From NCBI GenBank assembly GCA_965201075.1, contig CBDAVP010000003.1, forward strand, positions 1-64,000: a stretch of 64,000 bases of DNA, in the 5' to 3' direction. Below, piece by piece: positions 56,210 to 64,000 of the stretch. Under the pieces are notes generated by a model. It had not been told where the DNA came from and searched no databases. It saw only the letters and a list, made by a program, of their open reading frames with translations. Position 1 is the stretch's first letter; the number at the start of each line of letters is the position of its first letter. Origin of the DNA: Isosphaeraceae bacterium (GTDB lineage Bacteria; Planctomycetota; Planctomycetia; Isosphaerales; Isosphaeraceae). The translations under genes and the position numbers were made by a program.

Positions 56210-58066
56210 ATGCACATCTCGTTCATGGACTTGACCAAAAAGCCCTGGAGGCGGTCGGCCGCGAGAACCCTCGCTTGCGCCCTCCTGCTCTTGGTCTTGC
56301 CGTCGTGCGGGATACCCTACCTTCGCCGGCCGGAACCGGCGCCGTGTTTGCCGCCGACCTTCAATGGAAGAACCACCGCGGAAAACTCGTCTCGGCTGGT
56401 GATCGAGGAGTTTTACCATGATCCCACCCTGACGGACTTGATCCGACAGGGGCTGGTGGGCAATCGGGAGTTGAAGGTTCTGAACGAAGAGGTCCAGATC
56501 GCCAGTAATGAGATTCTGGCGAGGTCCGGAGCCTACCTTCCCTTCATCAGCGTTGGCACGGGTGCGAGCCTCAACCGAGCCAGCAAGTTCACCTTGGAAG
56601 GAGCCGGTCTGCGCGACGACGCGTTCCGCCCCGGGCAGTTCTTTTCCAATCCGTTTGGGAACTTCCTGGGAGGCATTAACCTCTCCTGGCAACTGGACAT
56701 CTATCGGCAGTTGCGCAACGCCAGGGATGCGGCAGGTCAACGCTACGTCGCCGCCAGCGAGAGGCGGAACTACTTCGTGACCCGGATGGTGGCCGATATC
56801 GCCGAGAATTATTACCGGCTGATGTCGCTGGATAAACGGATTGAGAACCTGAATTTTACGATCGAGCTGATGGAGCGAAGTCTAGAAGTTGCCAAGGCCA
56901 CCAAGGAAGCGGCCCGGGGCACCGAACTCGGTGTCTTGCGATTCCAGGCCGAGGTTCGTAAGAACCAGAGCGAAAAGCTCATTGTGAATCAGGACATCAT
57001 CGAGGTTGAGAACCGAATCAACTTCCTCGTTAATCGCTACCCGCAGCCGGTGGAACGCGTGTCGGCGGGATTTTTCGAGCTGATGATCAACACCTTGAAA
57101 GTGGGAGTGCCTTCGCAGTTGCTTCAGAATCGGCCCGACATCCGCCAGGCCGAGCGTGACCTGGCCGCCGCCGGGCTCGATGTCAAGGTCGCTCGGGTCA
57201 ATTTCTATCCTCAACTGGTCATCAACGGCGGCGTCGGCCTTCAGGCCTTCGACCTGAAATACCTCTTTGAACCGCAAGCGGTCATTGGCAATATCGCGGG
57301 GGGGCTGGTCGGACCGTTCGTCAACCGGAGGGCGATCAAGGCCCAGTATCTCACCGCGAATGCCCGGCAATTGCAGGCCCTCTACAATTACCAACGCACC
57401 ATTCTGAACGCCTTCACCGAGGTCATCAACCGCGTGACCATGGTGGAGAACTACACCAACAGCATCAAGATCAAGACGCAGCAGTTGGAATCCCTCTCGA
57501 ACTCCGTCGAGGTCGCCAACAATCTGTTCCAGAATACCCGCATCGAATACATCGATGTGCTGCTGGCCCAGCGCGACCTCCGGGACGCGAGGATGGTGCT
57601 GATCGATACCAAGACTCAGCAACTGTCCGCCATCGTCAACGCCTATCAGGCCTTGGGCGGCGGCGATTTACTGGCCATCTCGAATGAGGTTGGCGTTTTT
57701 GGTCAGCACCCGTATCTGCACACGGTTCGCAGTGGCGAGAACTTCTGGATGATCTCGGAGCAGTACTACAATTCCGGACGATTTCACAAGGCTCTCTGGG
57801 CGGCCAACAAGAAGGTGGTCTCCTCACCCGAACGCCTGACCGCCGGCGCCAAGATCCTCATCCCTCGGATCGACCAGCTTGATCCGGCCTTGATCGAGGG
57901 GGGGCCAGGTCCTGACCCCGCTGCTCCGGGGTTGGATTCCAAGGAGGAACCGGCGCTTCTACCCCCGCTGCCTCCGCCGCCCCCCTCAACCTCCCCTGGG
58001 CCGTTCGGTCGGAACACGGCCACTGATCTTGATGACTCGCCGAAGCCGGACACGGCCGAGAAATAA
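56210..58066 (+). CDS. TolC/OprM-family outer membrane efflux lipoprotein with C-terminal LysM domain
   Basis: Lipobox LPSC, SWQLDI, LLQNRPDIRQAE, YQALGGG, then HTVRSGENFWMIS...ILIP. Confidence 0.9.
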   Translation: MHISFMDLTKKPWRRSAARTLACALLLLVLPSCGIPYLRRPEPAPCLPPTFNGRTTAENSSRLVIEEFYHDPTLTDLIRQGLVGNRELKVLNEEVQIASNEILARSGAYLPFISVGTGASLNRASKFTLEGAGLRDDAFRPGQFFSNPFGNFLGGINLSWQLDIYRQLRNARDAAGQRYVAASERRNYFVTRMVADIAENYYRLMSLDKRIENLNFTIELMERSLEVAKATKEAARGTELGVLRFQAEVRKNQSEKLIVNQDIIEVENRINFLVNRYPQPVERVSAGFFELMINTLKVGVPSQLLQNRPDIRQAERDLAAAGLDVKVARVNFYPQLVINGGVGLQAFDLKYLFEPQAVIGNIAGGLVGPFVNRRAIKAQYLTANARQLQALYNYQRTILNAFTEVINRVTMVENYTNSIKIKTQQLESLSNSVEVANNLFQNTRIEYIDVLLAQRDLRDARMVLIDTKTQQLSAIVNAYQALGGGDLLAISNEVGVFGQHPYLHTVRSGENFWMISEQYYNSGRFHKALWAANKKVVSSPERLTAGAKILIPRIDQLDPALIEGGPGPDPAAPGLDSKEEPALLPPLPPPPPSTSPGPFGRNTATDLDDSPKPDTAEK

Positions 58067-58139
58067 GGCAAGACGCTGGCAACAGATCGGCCGGCGAATC
58101 GATTTTGCTGGAATGGGCCAATGGTTTTTGCACCTTTCC

Positions 58140-58454
58140 TTACCGTTTCGGCTCGTCGGGACCGGCGTGATCCGGCCGGAGGATGAGGTTGAGCAGCACG
58201 CCCACCTCTCGGTGAGACTCGACGGGATGCCTCAACGGGCGTTCCAGGTGAACCTCGTAGCGATTGCGCCTCCCCTCACGTGATCGGGAGAGATAGCCTC
58301 CCTCTTCCAGGTCGGCCACGATCCGCTGGACAGCACGCTCGGTAATCCCCACCTGGTTCGCCACTTCCCGAAGACGAACCTCGGGCTCGTTGGTGATGCA
58401 GAGCAGCACGTGAGCGTGGTTACTCAGAAACGTCCAGTCGGGTCCGTTTGCCAT
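58140..58454 (-). CDS. Winged-helix transcriptional regulator
   Basis: [43 protein letters not shown]. Confidence 0.9.
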   Translation of the reverse strand: MANGPDWTFLSNHAHVLLCITNEPEVRLREVANQVGITERAVQRIVADLEEGGYLSRSREGRRNRYEVHLERPLRHPVESHREVGVLLNLILRPDHAGPDEPKR

Positions 58455-58481
58455 GGTTTTTGACCCGGAATTTAGCGCGTC

Positions 58482-58510
58482 TTGACTTCCCGAGGAGGCA
58501 AGGTTATAAA
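58482..58510 (+). promoter_or_regulatory. Sigma70-type promoter
   Basis: TTGACT-17nt-TATAAA. Confidence 0.65.
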
Positions 58511-58514
58511 TCGG

Positions 58515-58562
58515 GCGACAGGAATGTCGCGAGTTCGTTGTCGCTTATTGAGGGATTGTCGC
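58515..58562. promoter_or_regulatory. Candidate operator array
   Basis: GCGACA-ggaa-TGTCGC inverted repeat plus TGTCGC at 58539 and 58557. Confidence 0.5.
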
Positions 58563-58701
58563 ACAACGAGGGAACGAGGAAAAGGCGCAGTGCGGTGTTC
58601 CCGCTGGAGTTCCGGACGATCGCGTAGCGAAGGTTTGAACGGCCCTTCGCCGGCATTCGGCGGGTCGACCTCGAACCACGACGTTTGAGAAGCGAGGGGC
58701 C

Positions 58702-59070
58702 ATGCTTGAGCGGAAACGCCTCGTCTCCACCCTCTGGATTTTGTTCTCTGGACTGGCGCTGCTGGTCGCTGTGTTCCTTGCGCCGATCCGAACCTCAGGT
58801 TTTGTCACGGTCTCGTCCCGCCCCGACTGTCTTCGACGCAACTTCGCCCTGCCGCTGGGTACCTCCACCTCTCGCCTCAGCGCTGTTGTAATTCCCGAAG
58901 TCGCGCTTGAGGAGAATGCTCTTTCCCTGGAAGATGAAGAGCAAGATTGGGTCGACCCGCTCCACGAACCTCTCGTCTCCTTCCTACCCCTTTCCTCCTT
59001 CCGCAAGCTCCCCGATCGCCAGTCGATCACTCCCCCCACCCTCCTTTCCCACTACCCTCTCCGCTGTTGA
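58702..59070 (+). CDS. Small membrane/secreted hypothetical protein ending HYPLRC
   Basis: GAGGGG upstream, hydrophobic N-terminus, acidic middle, Pro-rich end. Confidence 0.6.
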   Translation: MLERKRLVSTLWILFSGLALLVAVFLAPIRTSGFVTVSSRPDCLRRNFALPLGTSTSRLSAVVIPEVALEENALSLEDEEQDWVDPLHEPLVSFLPLSSFRKLPDRQSITPPTLLSHYPLRC

Positions 59071-59454
59071 TCGCCGGCTGACGACCTCCGCCTCCCCGGT
59101 GGTTGAGTCGCAAAGGTTCCACGCGCCGTCCGGGGTCCTCCCCATCGGGCGGAACGTGCAATGGAGTCCGTTGGCTCGGCGAACCCATGACTCGCCAGTG
59201 CCCTGAAATGGGCTCGACGTCCCTCGTGGTCGTCGGTTTGGCGTGACCGGGTGAGCGGACCTCCGAATTCGAGCGATGGCAACCAGCATAAGGAACATCC
59301 TTCCCCACACTCTCCGACGCCATGTTCTCTCCCAGGGCGTCAAACCGAGTCGGATCGCCGTCCGTACTCGAATCCTTCCTATCCCCGCCGGGGTTCCTTT
59401 GATCAAAGGAAACCGGGCAGGTTCGAGCCGAAACTGTCGAACAGGAGCCCTGTG

Positions 59455-60696
59455 ATGAATCCGATTGCGTTCGCCAAGCGACGGCCGGTGAGCACCTTGA
59501 TGCTGGTTGTCGGCCTGGTCGGCGGCGGGGTCCTGGGTCTGTACAAGATGCGAGTGGACATCCCGGCTCTGAACACCCCGAAGATCTACGGGCGCATTGA
59601 TCACATTGCCCTGGGCGCTCAGCGGGTGGAATGGCGGATCGTTGGCCAGGTGGAATCGTATTTCCACTCGCACAAGGAGGAGCACCACGTTGAGCAACGA
59701 AAGGTGGTGGTCACCAGCCCCGAGGCGAAAGCCGTTGTCCTGACCGAGGGATACGTCTGTCAGATCCACTCGCAGCGTCACATCAACGTCCGCGCTTTGG
59801 AGGGGGGATATCTTGAGAAGATCCTGGTCAAGGAAGGTCAGTCAGTGAAGAAGGGCGATTTGATGTTCAAGATCAAGCCAGTCCTTTACCAGGCCAGACT
59901 GGACGCGGAAATGGCCGAGGCTCACGTCGCGCAACTTGAGCTGAATTACACCAAGAAGCTGGCCGAGAAAAAGTTCGTCTCCGAGAACGAGGTGTTCCTG
60001 CTTCAAGCCAAGTTGGCGAAAGCCAAGGCCAAGGCGAGCCTGGCCGGGGCCGAATTGGACTTCACTGACGTGATCGCGCCGTTTGACGGTATGATCGACC
60101 GACTGCACGAGCAGTTGGGGAGCTTGATCAAAGAGGGGGATATTCTGACAACCTTGTCCGACAATAGTGTAATGTGGGTCTATTTCAATGTCCCCGAAAA
60201 GCGCTACCTCGAATACATGGAGGACGTGGATCAGGACAAGGTGGAACAGAAAATCGCTCTGGAACTAGCGGGGGGAATCAAGTTCCGGCATACCGGAAAG
60301 ATCGGTGCCATCGAGGCGAAGTTCAACAACGAAACCGGAAACATCCCCTTCCGCGCCGATTTTCAAAACCCCGACAGCCTGCTGCGTCACGGGCAGACTG
60401 GCACCGTGATGATCCACCGAACGTTGAAGAACGTCATCGTGATCCCGCAACGGGCGGTTTTTGAAACTCTCGACAAGCGGTACGTCTATGTAGTAGGCAA
60501 CGATGGGATGGTGCATCAGCGCGAGATCATCATTCAAAACGAAATGGATGACATCTTCGTCATTCAGAAAGGGCTCGATGTGGGCGACAAGATCATTCTG
60601 GAAGGGGTTCGTCAGGTACGCGATGGCGAGAAGGTGGAATTCGAGTTTCGTCCGCCAGAACAGGTCGTCGCGAGCTTGAAGAACCGAGCGGAGTAA
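59455..60696 (+). CDS. RND efflux periplasmic adaptor (membrane fusion protein)
   Basis: GYLEKILVKEGQSVKKGDLMF, APFDG.I, VYFNVPE, IPQRAV; AGGAG upstream. Confidence 0.93.
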   Translation: MNPIAFAKRRPVSTLMLVVGLVGGGVLGLYKMRVDIPALNTPKIYGRIDHIALGAQRVEWRIVGQVESYFHSHKEEHHVEQRKVVVTSPEAKAVVLTEGYVCQIHSQRHINVRALEGGYLEKILVKEGQSVKKGDLMFKIKPVLYQARLDAEMAEAHVAQLELNYTKKLAEKKFVSENEVFLLQAKLAKAKAKASLAGAELDFTDVIAPFDGMIDRLHEQLGSLIKEGDILTTLSDNSVMWVYFNVPEKRYLEYMEDVDQDKVEQKIALELAGGIKFRHTGKIGAIEAKFNNETGNIPFRADFQNPDSLLRHGQTGTVMIHRTLKNVIVIPQRAVFETLDKRYVYVVGNDGMVHQREIIIQNEMDDIFVIQKGLDVGDKIILEGVRQVRDGEKVEFEFRPPEQVVASLKNRAE

Positions 60697-60960
60697 CGAC
60701 AACCACTCCGAACGACGAGTTTGGCTCAATCTTCTCGGAATCCCCCCATCCGAGTCAGGGTGATGAAATCTGGAGCCGCCCCCCAACTCCTGGATTTCGG
60801 TTTGGCCGGATCAGTCTTCCCCGTGAGGGATGACCGGAAAAATTGTGGCGGGCCTGGATTGGTGAAGGTCGGCGGTTTGGCGCCGGTGTCGAGGCGGTAA
60901 TCGTTAAGATTCACCGCACACACATGATCATGCCAATTTTTGGAAAGTGGTGTCGATACT

Positions 60961-63900
60961 ATGGCGGGAATTCTTTATCGGCCGGCCTTGGCGATCGTAA
61001 TCTCGGTGATCATCTTGTTCCTGGGTGGGTTGGCGATCAAAACGCTGCCTATCTCCCAGTTTCCTTCCGTCGCACCGCCGAGCGTATTGGTGACCGTGGC
61101 GTATCCCGGCGCCAGTGCCAATGTCTTGGTGGATTCGGTCCTGATCATCCTCGAACAGGCCATCAACGGCGTTCCCGATATGCGTTACATGGCCTCCGCC
61201 GCCACCAGCGCCGGCGAGGCGACGATTCAAATCATCTTCGAGCCCGGCACGGACCCCAACGTGGCGGTCTTGAATGTGAACAACCGAATCCAGACCGTGA
61301 AGAACCGGCTCCCCCCCCTGGTGGAGCGGGAAGGAATCATCGTCATGCAGGCGATGACAAGCATGTTGATGTATGTAAATGTTTTTAGCACTGCTGAGGG
61401 GGTCGATCAGAATTTTCTTTATAACTACGCTTATGTCAACCTTTTGCCCGAGATCAAGCGAATTCGGGGGATCGGCACCGCCACGATTCTCGGCAGTCGC
61501 CAGTATGCCATGCGCATTTGGCTGAACCTTGACCGCATGCGAGCCTACAACCTGTCCGCCGCGGACGTCATGAAGGCCGTGGGCGAACAAAGCATGATTG
61601 GGTCGCCTGGTCGACTTGGGCAGGCCACGGGCAGGACATCGCAGACGATTGAATATGTTCTGACATGGGTGGGTCGATTTAATAAAACGGAACAATATGA
61701 AAACATAATTCTTAAAGCGAATCCCGACGGAGAAATTTTGCGACTCAAGGACGTCGCCAAGGTCGACTTGAGCGCGGCGTATTACAACCTCTATTCGGAC
61801 ATGGATGGCCACCCCTCTGCCGCCATTGTCCTCAAGCAACTCCCCGGCACGAACGCTTCTGATGTCATTGAGGAGGTCAAGGAAAAGCTCAGGGAGATCA
61901 AGGAGGCTTCGTTCCCGCCCGGAATGGACTTCCAGGTTGGTTACGATGTGTCCAGCTTCCTGGAGGCCTCCATCGAAAAGGTGCTTCATACCTTGTTCGA
62001 GGCGTTCATTCTGGTGGCTCTGGTGGTCTTCCTGTTCCTGGGGGACTGGCGTTCCACGCTGATTCCGACCCTGGCCGTGCCGGTTTCGCTAATTGGCACC
62101 TTCTTCTTCATGCTGATGATGGGACTTTCGATCAACCTGATCACCCTCTTCGCGCTGGTGCTAGCCATTGGCGTCGTGGTGGATGACGCGATCGTGGTAG
62201 TCGAGGCGGTCCATGCCAAGATGGCGGAACAACACCTGTCTCCTTACCGGGCCACCCTGGAAGTGGTTCAGGAGATCAGTGGCGCGATCATCGCCATCAC
62301 CCTGGTCATGACGGCGGTTTTCGTTCCCGTAACGTTCATGACCGGGCCGGTCGGCGTCTTTTACCGCCAGTTCGGCATCACAATGGCCACATCCATCGTC
62401 CTGTCCGGGGTCGTCGCCTTGACGCTCACGCCGGTGCTTTGCGCGATGATCCTCAAGCCTCACACGGGCCAGGTGAAAAAACGTGGTCCCCTGGCCTATC
62501 TCTTGCACCTATTCGACCGCGGCGTCGAGAAGGTCACTGGCATTTATGCCGCGATTTTGCGGCGGATCGTCAGCCAGCGGCTTGTGACCGTGATGATTAT
62601 CGTCGGCTTTGGCGCGGCGATCTACCTGGTGAATACCCAGCTTCCGACCGGATTCATCCCGCTCGAGGACCAGGGGATGATTTACGGCGTCATTCAGACG
62701 CCTCCCGGCTCGACGCTTGAATACACGAACGCCAAGTCTCACGAATTGCAGCAGATCGCCAAGGACATCGAAGGCGTCACGTCGGTCTCCTCGCTGGCCG
62801 GCTATGAGGTCTTGACCGAGGGCCGTGGCTCGAACGCCGGGACCTGTCTGATCAACCTGAAGAACTGGTCCGACCGCAAGCTGACCTCTCGCCAGATCAT
62901 TGAGGAGCTTGAGGAGAAGTGCCAGAAGATGTCCAACGTCAAGCTCGAATTCTTCGAGCCGCCCGCGGTTCCAGGCTTTGGAGCGGCGGGTGGTTTTTCC
63001 ATTCGTGTTCTGGATAAGACCAACAGCAGCGACTACAAGCGACTGGGAGAGGTGACGGATAAGTTCATGGCGACCCTGTCCAAACGCAAGGAAGTCAAAG
63101 GCCTGTTCACCTTCTTCGCCGCCAATTACCCGCAGTATGAACTGGTCATCAACAACGACGTGGCGATGCAGAAAGGGGTGTCGATCGCCGACGCGATGGA
63201 CAACCTGTCGATCGTCGTTGGAAGCACCTGGGAGCAGGGGTTCATCCTTTTCGGCCAGTTCTTCAAGGTTTTCGTTCAAGCTTCGCCCGAATTCCGGCGG
63301 TTTCCCGAGGATCTGCAAAACATGTTCGTCAAGAACGAGCATGGGGAGATGGTCCCCTACTCCTCGTTCATGAAGATCAAGAAACAGCAGGGCCTGAACG
63401 AAATCAATCGCTACAACCTGTACCCCTCCGCCGCCATGCAAGGCGCGCCGGCCGCCGGTTTCAGTTCTGGACAGGCAATTCAAGCGATTCGCGAGGTGGC
63501 CGCCGAGACTTTGCCCCGAGGGTACGACATGGGGTGGGAGGGCCTGACCTTCGACGAGGCGAAGAAGGGAAACATGGCGATCTATATTCTTTTGATCGTC
63601 ATCATCTTCGTCTATCTGGTTCTGGTCGCGCAGTACGAGAGCTTCCTGTTGCCGTTGGCGGTGATTCTCTCTTTGCCGGTCGGGATTTTCGGCGCCTTCG
63701 CGTTGCTGGACGTCATGGGGTTGGCCAACGACGTTTACGCCCAGATCGGCCTGGTCATGCTGGTCGGGCTGCTCGGCAAGAATGCGATTCTGATCGTGGA
63801 ATTCGCGGTGCAACGACGTCAGGAGGGCCTGAGCATCAAGGAGGCCGCGATCGAGGGCGGAAAGTTGCGCTTTCGGCCGATTCTGATGACATCCTTCGCC

Positions 63901-64000
63901 TTCATCGCCGGTCTGCTCCCGTTGGTCGTCGCCACGGGACCCGGGGCCATCGGAAACCGCACCATCGGCACGGCGTCGGTGGGTGGAATGCTCATGGGCA
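60961..64000 (+). CDS. RND efflux permease (AcrB/HAE1-like), truncated by window end
   Basis: Open frame from ATG 60961 to the window end: RPALAIVIS, LPISQFP, AIGVVVDDAIVVVE, GLLGKNAILIVEFA, RFRPILMTS; absent from the ORF track because it has no stop. Confidence 0.95.
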   Translation, partial: MAGILYRPALAIVISVIILFLGGLAIKTLPISQFPSVAPPSVLVTVAYPGASANVLVDSVLIILEQAINGVPDMRYMASAATSAGEATIQIIFEPGTDPNVAVLNVNNRIQTVKNRLPPLVEREGIIVMQAMTSMLMYVNVFSTAEGVDQNFLYNYAYVNLLPEIKRIRGIGTATILGSRQYAMRIWLNLDRMRAYNLSAADVMKAVGEQSMIGSPGRLGQATGRTSQTIEYVLTWVGRFNKTEQYENIILKANPDGEILRLKDVAKVDLSAAYYNLYSDMDGHPSAAIVLKQLPGTNASDVIEEVKEKLREIKEASFPPGMDFQVGYDVSSFLEASIEKVLHTLFEAFILVALVVFLFLGDWRSTLIPTLAVPVSLIGTFFFMLMMGLSINLITLFALVLAIGVVVDDAIVVVEAVHAKMAEQHLSPYRATLEVVQEISGAIIAITLVMTAVFVPVTFMTGPVGVFYRQFGITMATSIVLSGVVALTLTPVLCAMILKPHTGQVKKRGPLAYLLHLFDRGVEKVTGIYAAILRRIVSQRLVTVMIIVGFGAAIYLVNTQLPTGFIPLEDQGMIYGVIQTPPGSTLEYTNAKSHELQQIAKDIEGVTSVSSLAGYEVLTEGRGSNAGTCLINLKNWSDRKLTSRQIIEELEEKCQKMSNVKLEFFEPPAVPGFGAAGGFSIRVLDKTNSSDYKRLGEVTDKFMATLSKRKEVKGLFTFFAANYPQYELVINNDVAMQKGVSIADAMDNLSIVVGSTWEQGFILFGQFFKVFVQASPEFRRFPEDLQNMFVKNEHGEMVPYSSFMKIKKQQGLNEINRYNLYPSAAMQGAPAAGFSSGQAIQAIREVAAETLPRGYDMGWEGLTFDEAKKGNMAIYILLIVIIFVYLVLVAQYESFLLPLAVILSLPVGIFGAFALLDVMGLANDVYAQIGLVMLVGLLGKNAILIVEFAVQRRQEGLSIKEAAIEGGKLRFRPILMTSFAFIAGLLPLVVATGPGAIGNRTIGTASVGGMLMG

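Noticed and set aside
60843..61388. 181-aa plus-strand ORF as a separate gene or a frameshifted permease start
   Set aside because: The permease reads in one frame from ATG 60961 to the window end; this ORF is an off-frame overlap

Overview
GC-rich chromosomal window that reads as Planctomycetota, most likely Isosphaeraceae. This is inferred from a DUF4058-type protein, an 'EGLESRALM' N-terminal signature, a Tat-exported Gfo/Idh/MocA protein, an alpha2-type GlyRS and mcsA-mcsA-mcsB beside trpE. Most genes are housekeeping or envelope genes: dxr-rseP, ffh-rpsP-trmD-rplS (no rimM), trpE, mcsAAB, coaD, lspA-dksA, pabB-pabC-Nif3, glyQS, glycosyltransferases and peptidases. An RND efflux locus with more A/T-rich sequence runs off the right end. 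I recognised no rRNA, tRNA, CRISPR array, integrase or transposase. The most notable observations are: (1) two overlapping TIR-domain genes, both keeping the catalytic Glu and with no effector, inserted between ffh and rpsP; (2) a 46-aa very basic ORF missing from the ORF track, with its own sigma70-type promoter, directly upstream of ffh; (3) a MotA/ExbB-like channel with a long helical tail, grouped with an SGNH-like gene and a MotB/ExbD-like TM-Ig protein; (4) an RND locus with a TolC-LysM fusion, an adaptor with an RND-permease-like N-terminus, a possible regulatory upstream ORF and a TGTCGC operator array; (5) a site-2 protease gene broken by an exact 5-bp duplication. All family calls come from motif recognition, not database searches.
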